DNA of 64,000 nt, taken from assembly GCA_002269645.1 (NCBI GenBank), contig NIVC01001016.1, forward strand, positions 248,001 to 312,000, given 5' to 3'. The notes beneath the pieces were generated by a model that had not been told where the DNA came from, ran no database searches, and saw nothing but the letters and a program-made list of their open reading frames with translations. Within the stretch, counting starts at the first letter, position 1. Every line of letters begins with the position of its first letter. Position numbers and translations under genes: made by a program. This document shows, piece by piece, positions 12,178 through 24,084 of this stretch. Origin of the DNA: Macrostomum lignano (lineage: Eukaryota).

Positions 12178-15100
12178 TTAATTAATCTCGGCAGTCGTAC
12201 TCGCCTCAGCCTCAGATTCGTCATTGGCTTTTGTTTCAATTAGAGTGTGAATTTTGGAAAAATCATTCGATGATAATCGCTTAGAACTCCGCGCAGGCAA
12301 TGTTTGATGCCTTCTCAGGATGAGCTGCTGCGACAGCTCGATAGCCGTCGCTGCCGCAGCCGCCGCCGCTGCCGCCGCAGCCGCCGCAGTTACCTGGGCG
12401 GCTCGAGTTTCCGTCGATGTCGATATCGATGATAGACCAGGTTGATGAAGCATTAGTGGCAGCTGGTTCTCTTGAGTCGAAAGTTGCAGCCACGGTTGGT
12501 GCAGGTGCCAGGAAAGATTCCCATTGCTGAGAGTTGGTAAGTCTGCAAGTGTGTCAGAGCAAAAAACTTATTCTACCTGTTGTTTGAATATCTTATCCTT
12601 TAATCACCGTCTCATATCCCCTCCAATCACCGTCTCTTATCTCCTCCAATCCCCGTCTCTTATCTCCTCCAATCACCGTCTCTAATCTCCTCTAATCTCC
12701 GTCTCTAATCTCCCCCTATATCCGTCTCTTATCTCTTCCAATATCCGTATCTTATCTTCCCCAATATCCGTATCTTATCTCCTCCAATCTACGTCTCTAA
12801 TCTCCCCCTATATCCGTATCTTATCTCCCCCAATATCTGTCTCTTATCTTCCCCAATATCCGTCTCTTATCTTCTCCAATCTCCGTCTCTATTCTCCTCC
12901 AATCTCCGTCTCTTATCTTCCCCAATATCCGTCTCTTATCTCCTCCAATCTCCGTCTCTAATCTCCTCCAATCTTTGTCTCTAATCTCCTCCAATCTCCG
13001 TCTCTTATCTTCCCAAATATCCGTCTCTTATCTTCTCCAATCTCCGTCTCTAATCTCCTCCTATCTCCGTCTCTAATCTCCTCCAATCTCCGTCTCTAAT
13101 CTCCCCCTATATCCGTCTCTTATCTCCTCCAATCTCCGTCTCTTATCTTCTCCAATCTCCGTCTCTTATCTTCTCTAATCTCCGTCTCTTATCTTCTCCA
13201 ATCTCCGTCTCTAATCTTCTCCTATATCCGTCTCTAATCTCCTCCAATCTCCGTCTCTTATCTTCTCCAATCTCCGTCTCTAATCTCCTCCAATCTTTGT
13301 CTCTAATCTCCTCCAATCTCCGTCTCTAATCTCCTCCAATCTCCGTCTCTTATCTCCCCCAATATCCGTCTCTAATCTCCTCCAATCTCCGTCTCTTATC
13401 TTCTCCAATCTCCGTCTCTTATCTTCTCCAATCTCCGTCTCTTATCTTCTCCAATCTCCGTCTCTAATCTTCTCCTATATCCGTCTCTAATCTCCCCCTA
13501 TATCCGTCTCTTATCTCCCCCAATATCCGTCTCTTATCTCCCCCATCAATATCCTTCTCATTTTTCTGTCCCTGTCCTATATTGCCCACCTCCTAATTAA
13601 CATTCCTCTATCCTATCTCCCAAATTTCTCCCATGCTATATAAACGTGCCAGTTCTGAAACTGCTTTTTTTCATCAAAGCCTTCAAAATCGTAGGCACAT
13701 TTTTTAGGTAATCAGAAATCCCCGAAAATCATGCCCAGAAGCCCATCTGTGATTGACATGCTTACATCACTTCGACAGGTGGCCATTTCGCTCAACAGAA
13801 TTGTAAACTATACGGGAATTTTTATAAATTTCCCTGCACATAATTTATGACAGGTTGGTTGACAGCCTAGATAAACAGTGGCGGGATTAAAAAACGCTCG
13901 AAAAAAGACGAAATCAATGGTTAGCTTTTGTGCAGAAAATATGCCTACAAGTGGAGAAAACCATAATGAAACAGGAGTTATTTCAAGAGAATAAACGAAT
14001 GTAAAACCACTCATCACAGTCGGTTTATTATGACTGTAGATAGGGTTTAGAGTGGGGTGACGGTGTCGAGAGGAGTAGCGATGGGGTGGAGGGGCTCAGA
14101 ATGATAGTGTTGGGGTGGCGGGGTCGAGAGGAGTAGGGATGGGATGGCAGGGCTCAGAAGGGTAGGGATGGGGTGGTAGGGCTCAAGAAGGGTATGAATG
14201 GGGTGGTGGGGCTCAGAAGGGTAGGAATGGGGTGGCGGGGCTCAAGAAGGGTATGAATGGGGTGGTGGGGCTCAGAAGGGTAGGAATGGGGTGGCGGGGC
14301 TCAGAAGGGTAGGAATGGGGTGGCGGGGCTCAGAAGGGTAGGAATGGGGTGGCGGGGCTCAGAAGGGTAGGAATGGGGTGGCGGGGCTCAGAAGGGTAGG
14401 AATGGGGTGGCGGGGCTCAAGAAGGGTATGAATGGGGTGGTGGGGCTCAGAAGGGTAGGAATGGGGTGGCGGGGCTCAGAAGGGTAGGAATCGGGTGGCG
14501 GGGCTCAGAAGGGTAGGAATGGGGTGGCGGGGCTCAGAAGGGTAGGAATGGGGTGGCGGGGCTCAGAAGGGTAGGAATGGGGTGGCGGGGCTCAGAAGGG
14601 TAGGAATGGGGTGGCGGGGCTCAGAAGGGTAGGAATAGAGTGGCGGGGCTCAGAAGGGTAGGAATGGGGTGGCGGGTCTCAGAAGGGTAGGAATGGGGTG
14701 GCGGGGCTCAGAAGGGTAGGAATGGGGTGGCGGGGCTCAATAAGGGTATGAATGGGGTGGTGGGGCTCAGAAGGGTAGGAATGGGGTGGCGGGGCTCAGA
14801 AGGGTAGGAATGGGGTGGCGGGGCTCAGAAGGGTAGGAATGGGGTGGCGGGGCTCAGAAGGGTAGGAATGGGGTGGCGGGGCTCAGAAGGGTAGGAATAG
14901 AGTGGCGGGGCTCAGAAGGGTAGGAATGGGGTGGCGGAGCTGAGAGTGGTAGGAATAGAGTGGCGGGGCTCAGAAGGGTAGGAATGGGGTGGCGGGGCTC
15001 AGAAGGGTAGGAATGGGGTGGCGAGGCTCAGAGGGGTAGGGATGGCTCAAGAATCAAGCCCTACCTTCGCGACTCGTACAGTCGGGCATGTCGCTAGAAG

Positions 15101-18100
15101 TGACCGTGTTATCCGGGCTGGACCCTCCGTCTGCCCTCGTCAACGGACGCTGGGGGTTCCTCCGGCTCCGTGATTCGTCCGATTCCAGTCGCCACCTGGA
15201 AGTCTCCTCCTCAGGTGGCACCTCTTGATCGAATTCCAGTTGCAGGCGTCGCTCGAAGCTGCTGTCAGCGACTTGACTCTGCGGTCGGCGGCGCACAAGA
15301 TGAGACTGGTGTTGGCCGCACTGCTGTTCGAGCTGATGATCAACTGACAGTTTTCTACGGTTGGTTTTGTGGAGGGGGAGAATTTGTAGTGTCTTCTGTG
15401 ACATCGCAGGGTTGTTTCTGACATCCTAGTGTCTACCCTACAGGTTACTCTGACACCCTAAAGTCTACCCTGACACCCTACAGTCTATATCCTGACACCC
15501 TACAGTCTACCCTGACACCCTAAAGTCTATCCTGACACCCTACAGTCTATCCTGACACCCTAAAGTCTATCCTGACACCCCACAGTCTACCCTGACACCC
15601 TACAGTCTACCCTGACACCCTAAAGTCTACCCTGACACCCTAAAGTCTATCCTGACACCCTACAGTCTATCCTGACACCCTACAGTCTATCCTGACACCC
15701 TAAAGTCTATCCTGACACCCCACAGTCTACCCTGACACCCTACAGTCTACCCTGACACCCTACAGTCTATCCTGACACCCCACAGTCTACCCTGACACCC
15801 TACAGTCTATCCTGACACCCCACAGTCTACCCTGACACCCTACAGTCTACCCTGACACCCTACAGTCTATCCTGACACCCTACGGTCTATCCTGACACCC
15901 TACAATCTACTCTGACACCCTACAGTCTATCCTAACACCCCACAGTCTATCCTGACACCCCACAGTCTATCCTGACACCCTAAAGTCTACCCTGACACCC
16001 TACAGTCTATCCTGACACCCTACAGTCTATACTGCCACCCTAAAGTCTATCCTGACACCCTACAATCTACTCTGACACCATATAGTCTACTCTGAAACGC
16101 TGCAGTCTACCCTGACACTTCAGTCTACCCTGACACTTCAGTCTAACAACTGACACATCACTGGACAACCAACTGACACATCACTGGACAACCAGCTGAC
16201 ACATCACTGGACAACCAGCTGACACATCACTGGACAACCAGCTGACACATCACTGGACAACCAACTGACACATCACTGGACAACCAACTGACACATCACT
16301 GGACAACCAGCTGACACATCACTGGACAACCAACTGACACATCACTGGACAACCAACTGACACATCACTGGACAACCAACTGACACCCCAGAGTCAAATG
16401 AAATCAGTAAAAGCTCAACAAACATTTTCTTTGAGCTCCTCCCACCGCCGCCGCTCTCCCGGAAGCCTTTAGCAAACGGATTGTGATCAATTTTGAGCTG
16501 CGTGATTCGCTCATTCTGATAGGCAGTCACGGCCACGAATTGCGTCTCGGCGAAGGCGAACGATCGATAGGGCGCAAATGGCAAGCGATGAAGTTCGCTG
16601 GCGCAAACCAGATGAAATCTGGGCTGATACTTGTGCATGGAGTTCAAGATGGTCTGTTGGCGGAAGGGTGGTTGGAAGCCATGAGAGGTTTCCGTTTGGA
16701 AATGGTTTTAAAAGTCTAAGTGGAGATTTTTAACTTGGAAATGACCTTGAAGTTTTAATCGAAAGTTTTCGGTCGAAGATGACCTTGAAATTTGTATCTT
16801 TCCTTGAAGATGACCTTGAAGTCTTGAAGTCTTGAACGTTTTCGTTTGGATAGCTCGTATGACCTTGAAAGGCATGATGGAAATTTTTATTTTAGAAATG
16901 ACCTTGAAGTCTTGATGGAAAGTTTTCGTTTAAAGATGAATAAGATAATTGATGAAGATGAATGAAGATGAATGATAACCTTGCAGACTATTTGATGGAC
17001 AGTTTTCGTTTGAAGATGACCTTGGAATCGCAGTTGAAGTTTAACTTTAAAAGGAAACTGAAACCATTTTGTAAAAATCTCCTTTCAAAAACGACCTTGA
17101 AACTGTGGCGGGAAAGTTAAATCAAAAGCAACTTACAAATCCGTGCCTATCTGACACGTTGTTGGTCAGCTTAAGCTTGTGAAAGCTGACAATCTTTTGC
17201 ATCCACTGCTCGCCTGTGCAGGGGCTGTCCGGGTGGATATAAATCCTTTTGGGCATTTCCGGGTCGGCCTTGCCAGCTATTACCCAGCTGGAGTTGTGGA
17301 ATTTGTACCTGCGATTGGAGAAATGTGAATCGTTTGTGTCTCCTGACACTGCAGCATCCGCCGTAAGACACAAAACTACCTACCAAAGACACAAAACTAC
17401 CTGTCACAGACACAAAACTACCTGTCACGACACAAAACTACCTGTCACAGACACAAAACTACCTGTCACAGACACAAAACTACCTGTCACAGACAGACAA
17501 AATTACGTCACAGACACAAAACTACCTGTCACAGACACAAAACTACCTGTCACAGACACAAAACTACCTGTCACAGACACAAAACTACCTGTCACAGACA
17601 GACAAAATTACGTCACAGACACAAAACTACCTATCACAGACACAAAACTACCTGTCACAGACAAAAACTACCTGTCACAGACACAAAACTACCTGTCACA
17701 GACACAAAACTACCTGTCACAGACACAAAACTACCTATCACAGACACAAAACTACCTATCACAGACACAAAACTACCTGTCACAGACAAAAACTACCTGT
17801 CACAGACACAAAACTACCTGTCACAGACACAAAACTACCTGTCACAGACACAAAACTACCTGTCACAGACACAAAACTACCTATCACAGACACAAAACTA
17901 CCTGTCACAGACAAAAACTACCTGTCACAGACACAAAACTACCTGTCACAGACACAAAACTACCTGTCACAGACACAAAACTACCTGTCACAGACACAAA
18001 ACTACCTATCACAGACAGACAAACTACGTCACAGACACAAAACTACCTGTCACAGACACAAAACTACCTGTCACAGACACAAAACTACCTGTCACAGACA

Positions 18101-21100
18101 CAAAACTACCTGTCACAGACACAAAACTACCTGTCACAGACACAAAACTACCTGTCACAGACACAAGACTACCTGTCACAGACACAAAACTACCTGTCAC
18201 AGACACAAAACTACCTGTCACAGACACAAAACTACCTGTCACAGACACAAAACTACCTGTCACAGACACAAAACTACCTGTCACAGACAGACACAAAACT
18301 ACATGTACGAAATTACCCGTCGCACACCAAAAACTAATCATAAAACTGACTACCACGGACACAAAAAGCATGTTGATAACGACCCAAAAATATCTGGTAA
18401 AGGCTATCTATAAAAGTATAGGAAAACTCACCGGCAGTCATCAACAGGCACAATATCCATCAGCATTGCGTATTTGGCTGTTCTATCCAAACCGGATATC
18501 TTCACTTTGAACGGTGGAAACATTCGTCTGCAACGAAAGGGTTAATTTCGAGTAGTTTTTAACGAATTTGTGTTACAATTTAATGTTATTACTAAAAGAT
18601 GTTTTAATGTGTCGGTTTAAATTGAACGCCGGTAACAAAAAACGAACGAAACAACCAAAGAAAAATTTAAATAGATATCAGTATAACAAATGTTATAGTT
18701 TGAATTTAATTTAAACCTCAAGTTCTAGGGAAGAGTTTTTTAGCACCAATTTAAACTGGGTTTCGGCGCCAATTCAAATCAGGGTTTTTGGCGCCAATTC
18801 AGATCTGGGCTTTTGACGCTAATTCACACAAAAAGAAAAAATGTGATGTCTTAAAAGCAGCCTGCTGAATTGGCTTAAGATAGAATTGACTGCAGAAACG
18901 ATATTAATAGCAAAAGAAACAGAGTTTCTATTCAGGAAAAAATCGCCTACAAAAGAGCATCAAGTACGAGCGTATCCCCATGTTTACATTGTGCTGATTG
19001 CTTTACTTGGTCTTGGAGGCAAAGGTAATTGATTTGTACGAGCGTAATTACTCGTACATGGACTCAATAAATTAAATTTTATGACGGATTGACACACAGT
19101 TATGTGCGCATGGCATGCACGTGCAGAAGTTTTTGGAACTTCTGACTCCTAGTGCAAAACCTGATTCTTGACTCAAAATTATACTTGCTTTTGATGGCTC
19201 TCCTCCTCTCCCTCACCATCTCCTCTTTCCCTCTATCACCTCTCTCTATCAACATCTATACTCTCTCCCTCTCTATCCTCTCTCCCTCTCTATCTCTATC
19301 TCCTCTCTCTATCTCTATCTCCTCTCTCCCTCTCTATCCTCTCTCCCTCTCTATCTCCTCTCCCCTCTCTATCTCTATCTCCTCTCCCCTCTCTATCCTC
19401 TCTCCCTCTCTATCTTCTCTCCCTCTCTATCTATATCTCCTCTCCCCTCTCTATCCTCTCTCCCTCTCTATCTATATCTCCTCTCCCCTCTCTATCCTCT
19501 CTCCCTCTCTATCTATATCTCTTCTCCCCTCTCTATCCTCTCTCCCTCTCTATCTATGTCTCCTCTCCCCTCTCTATCCTCTCTCCCTCTCTATCTATAA
19601 CTCCTCTCCCCTCTCTATCCTCTCTCCCTCTCTATCTTCTCTCCCTCTCTATCTATATCTCCTCTCCCCTCTCTATCCTCTCTCCCTCTCTATCTATATC
19701 TCCTCTCCCCTCTCTATCCTCTCTCCCTCTCTATCTCCTCTCCCCTCTCTATCCCTATCTCCTCTCTCTCTCTCTATCTTCTCTCCCTCTTCATCTTCTC
19801 TCTCTATCTCCACCCTCACTCTCTACCCTTCCTATCCCTGCCTCTGTTTTCAAGTCATCAAGGCTCATCTGTCTAGCTAAATTTAAACAGAAATTTCGAC
19901 CTAGAAAATTTTTGCACAGAGTAGAGTCAGTGTGCAGAGATGCAAGCGATAACTCACAAAACACCATGTCATATACTAAAACGCTCTACTTGGGCACAAA
20001 AAAGCAGAGTTGCGCAAACAAACGCAGACATTGTGTCGCCAAAACTGCTTGCTTACTCAAATGCATTAGCTGTCTAATAATTAATTGTCCATACAATCGC
20101 AGCGATGTCCCGTACTATTTACATTATGGAGAAGTCAACTGGCTAACAACGGGCATAGAAACTAAACAAATGGACAAAATTTTCACTTGTTAGTTAATTG
20201 AGAAACTATTCGCGCACAGTACATTACGCAGCTTACATGCACAGGGCATTTTATTGGGGCAAGAAGTGGCGCTATAGAGATGGCGCTACAGAAGTGGCGT
20301 AATAGAAGTGGCGCTATAGAAATTTCGCTATAGAGATAGCGCTAAAGAAGTGGCGCTATAGAGATGGCGCTACAGAAGTGGCGTAATAGAAGGTGGCGCT
20401 ATAGAGATGTCGCTATAGAGATAGCGCTAAAGAAGTGGCGCTATAGAGATGTCGCTATAGAGATAGCGCTAAAGAAGTGGCGCTATAGAGATGTCGCTAT
20501 AGAGATAGCGCTAAAGAAGTGGCGCTATAGAGATGTCGCTATAGAGATAGCGCTAAAGAAGTGGCGCTATAGAGATGTCGCTATAGAGATAGCACTAAAG
20601 AAGTGGGGCTAAAGAAGTGGCGCTATAGACATGGCGCTATAGAGATGGCGCTACAGAGTTGGGGCTATAGAGGTGGCGCTATAGAGATAGCGCTAAAAAG
20701 TGGCGCTATAGAGATAGCGCTAAAAAGTGGCGCTATTAGAGATGGCGCTACAGAGTTGGGGCTATAGAGATGTCGCTATAGAGACAGCGCTAAAAAGTGG
20801 CGCTATAGAGATGGCGCTATAAAAGTGGCGCTATAGAGATGGCGCTATAAAAGTGGCGCTATAGAGATGGCGCTATAAAAGTGGCGCTATAGAGATGGCG
20901 CTATATAAGTGGCGCTATACATTTCGCGCTACAGAAGTGGCGCTAGAAATGACACCTAAATTTAACTTATTTCTTGAAGCTCCACTCCCGAAAATACAAC
21001 ATCGACTTTACTTGAACACAATCTGCAAGCTTCCCAATGATAGCCATGCATCCAGAACCTCACCTGCCACTCTTAGTAATCACCATTTCAGTTCCTAGGG

Positions 21101-21314
21101 CGTGAAACTGTTGCCAAAGCTCCTTCTCTATTAGGTCAACTCTCGCATGTTCATAATTCGCTCCCGTCGCCGGCTGGCCTTGGAGAAACTGCGGCAGCTT
21201 CATCATAGGCCAATTGAAGGTTCCTTCAGCAACGCCTGACGAGGCTGTACTGTAACTGGTTTGCTGGCCTAGCGAATGAAAAAATGACAATTCGAAAGGA
21301 TTAAACGAAGACAT
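12178..21314 (-). CDS. TBX2/3: T-box transcription factor, Tbx2/3 (optomotor-blind) subfamily, ~467 aa; exons 21064-21314, 18432-18527, 17137-17308, 16424-16653, 15065-15354, 12178-12542
   Basis: Complete T-box: [20 protein letters not shown]|[14 protein letters not shown]...DDCR|[29 protein letters not shown]...HKLKLTNN...|[16 protein letters not shown]...[25 protein letters not shown]. The ADPEMPKR and DDCRYKFHN motifs are typical of Tbx2/3. All five introns are GT-AG with matching phases (2,2,0,2,1). Spliced length 1404 nt. Confidence 0.92.
12600..13550. repeat. Intronic minisatellite, 23-bp unit CAATCTCCGTCTCTTATCTTCTC
   Basis: Tandem units in Tbx2/3 intron 5. Confidence 0.9.
14045..15045. 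repeat. Intronic G-rich minisatellite, 29-bp unit GGGGTGGCGGGGCTCAGAAGGGTAGGAAT
   Basis: Tandem units in Tbx2/3 intron 5. Each unit has G-runs (G4-prone). Confidence 0.95.
15420..16140. repeat. Intronic minisatellite, 20-bp unit CCTGACACCCTACAGTCTAY
   Basis: Period-20 tandem repeat in Tbx2/3 intron 4. Confidence 0.95.
16145..16388. repeat. Intronic minisatellite, 23-bp unit CAACTGACACATCACTGGACAAC
   Basis: About 10 units abutting the previous array. Confidence 0.9.
16700..17100. repeat. Degenerate intronic repeat with core ATGACCTTGAA
   Basis: The core recurs about 6 times at 30-60-bp spacing in Tbx2/3 intron 3. Confidence 0.7.
17365..18300. repeat. Intronic minisatellite, 21-bp unit ACACAAAACTACCTGTCACAG
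   Basis: Tandem units in Tbx2/3 intron 2. Source of the spurious 362-aa ORF. Confidence 0.95.
19200..19830. repeat. CT-rich degenerate tandem repeat
   Basis: CTCTCTATCCTCTCTCCCTCTCTATCT-type units in Tbx2/3 intron 1. Confidence 0.9.
20265..20950. repeat. Intronic minisatellite, ~14-bp subunits (TGGCGCTATAGAGA) forming a 42-bp higher-order unit
   Basis: Tandem units in Tbx2/3 intron 1. Confidence 0.9.
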
Positions 21315-21639
21315 TATTACAAACTACAGCGCTTATAAGTTTAGAATTTAAAACTCAATTCTGCAAAGCCTTTTTATCGGATTATCAGTCTTTCGTCATC
21401 TGACCAATGAGGCATGAAGATGGCTGGCACAGCTTCTGATTGGCCCGGAGTTTTGTGTAGCGGATGGCTCACACAGCAATGGGTGTTGGGTGATGACAAT
21501 TTCGGATTTCATTAATGCTGAAGCTTGTTTCCTAATGTATAAAAAACAGCCCACCGATGTACATGCAACTATAGCTAGCAGGATACATGTGTCGACCTCA
21601 AGTCGACCTCATTTAAGAATCTCCCGACTGCAAGAACCA

Positions 21640-22130
21640 AGATCTGGGGGCGTTTAGATTTCTAGATGGGGCGTTTAGAATTCTAAATGGGGCGTTTAGA
21701 TCTCTAGATGGAAGTTTAGATCTACAGCGTAAGGATCTCTAGATGGGGAGTTAAGATCTATAGATGGGATCTAAGAATCTCTAGATGAGGAGTTTATATC
21801 CCTAGATGGGGCGATTAGATATCTAAATGGGGCGTTTAGATCTCTAGATGGGAGTTTAGACCTACAAATGGGGCGTAAGGATCTCTAGATGGGGAGTTTA
21901 TATCCCTAGATGGGGCGATTAGATATCTAAATGGGGCGTTTAGATCTCTAGATGGGAGTTTAGACCTACAAATGGGGCGTAAGGATCTCTAGATGGGGAG
22001 TTTTTAGATCTATAAATAGGATCTAAGAATCTCTAGATGGAGCGCTTGGATCCATAGATAGTGCAGTTACTCGTGTACATGCGGATCTCTAAATGTTGCG
22101 ACAGGATCTCTAGATAGGGCGTTTACATCT
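21640..22130. repeat. Degenerate minisatellite, ~20-21-bp unit GGGGCGTTTAGATCTCTAGAT
   Basis: Repeated TAGATCTCTAGATGG core upstream of the Tbx2/3 ATG. Confidence 0.85.
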
Positions 22131-22844
22131 CTAGATCAGGGGTCAGAAAACTCGAGCAACCCTCGAAGCTTCACGAGGTCCGCGTGAATTCGCAGAGGTT
22201 AATCTCAGATGGGTAATGTCTCTATTGTATTTCAAAAACCCCACATGTGTTTATCTATTTAATTCAGTCTGTAGAATCAGTCGAAAATACATTCTTGACT
22301 GCATAAAATGTAGAATTGAAGCTATTAGTGACACGCTGTAAACGAAGAATTGAATCTTGAAACAGTGCATAAGAAAAAGGCAAAGGCAGAAATTTGACTC
22401 CAAACATCCGTTTGAAGTTCTTTCTTCCGTCCGCCTTTTGAGTTTCACCAACTCATCAAAATCAATCAATCCACAGTGCATAGCTATTGGTCACAGGTGT
22501 CAATTCTAAAGCGGGTCCTTCTTAATTGGCAGGTAAAGAATTTCTTGTGAAGTATGTCTCTTTCGCTTTGTTGCTTTCGCTTCTTTGTAGGCTCCTCCCA
22601 CTTTGTTGCTAAACCTGTTCACTTGATGATGGACTCAAATAAGAGCTCATCTCGATCGATGCATATGCAACCTTTGCTATACCGGATCGCAACAACTCTC
22701 TAAAAAAGAGGAGCTCTTTATTTAACGCCTCAAGATTCTCTCATTGAAGATTTCACTTCGACAAAGTGAGATGAGCAACTCGGGAATTTCTTCTCAAAAA
22801 TACCATCCTGAACAATATCCTTGCAGAACAAACCTTCATTCGGA

Positions 22845-23400
22845 GGAAAATGTCACTCTAAGTAGACTTCTCTCCGTGGAAAATGTCACTCTCGTAAAAC
22901 TTCTCTCGTAGAAAATCTCTCTCACAAGACTTATCTGTGGAAAATGTAACTCTCAGTAGACTTCTCTTTGTGGAAAATGTGACTCTCACAAGACTTATCT
23001 ATGGAAAATGTCACTCTAAGTAGACTTCTCTCCGTGGAAAATGTCACTCTCGTAAAACTTCTCTCGTAGAAAATCTCTCTCACAAGACTTATCTGTGGAA
23101 AATGTAACTCTCAGTAGACTTCTCTTTGTGGAAAATGTGACTCTCACAATACTTATCTATGGAAAATGTCACTCTCAGTAGACTTCTCTGTGGAAAATGT
23201 CACTCTCAGTAGACTTCTCTTCGTGGAAAATTTCACTCTTGCGAGACTTTTTTCTTAGAAAATGTCACTCTCACACGACTTCTCTTCGTGGAAAATGTCT
23301 ATCGCGAAAGTTCTCTCAGTGAAAAATGTCACTCCCGCAACACTTATCTCCATGGAAAATGTCACTCTCGAAGACTCTCTTTGCTATAAAAGTCACTCTT
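22845..23400. repeat. Minisatellite, ~31-33-bp unit GTGGAAAATGTCACTCTCAGTAGACTTCTCT
   Basis: Tandem units with an internal higher-order duplication. Confidence 0.85.
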
Positions 23401-24084
23401 AAACATATCAGACTCGTAAATGTCCATCGTATAGCTACTCAATGGAGAATGTAGCCATTAAAATGATCTGTAGCGTCATGTTCGCATGGTACTACTAACA
23501 ATATGCAGACTGTTAGAAGGAGTGCACATAAAAACAATCGAAACACAGAAATGCGGAAACTGAAATGTTTTTCTTCACATAATTGCACGGATTTTATTTG
23601 CAGAGAAATGACTAATAATAGATGTGCTTGCAGTGGAATTTAAATATTGGGGCGACTGTTAAAAAAGCAATAGTTAGTAGCTAATTACACATAAATAGTC
23701 AATAAAACAAGAAAAAATATTGAAAAAAAGAAGTTTCTTGCCAGCGTGACGGACACAGACTGACGTCTTTTTATAAATACAAACTAGTAGATGCTAATAT
23801 GATAGAAGGAAGCTAGCGCCGAGATGCTAAATGCAATTTATTAGCAAATTTAAACACAACACACTGATTGGAGTTGAAAAACAATCGCTATTTAAGAAAA
23901 TTATTAAAAAGGAAAAATAGCTACCAGCTAATTTTGGTTTGTATATATCGACCTATTGCCAACCCAACGAAATGCATATACAAATAATAAAATTAAAGCA
24001 ATGCACAAATCATGCTACTTACAGTAAAATGTAAGAAATTTGCGGCTAAATTAGCCAAAACTTTTTCACTGTCTGATAATTAAT

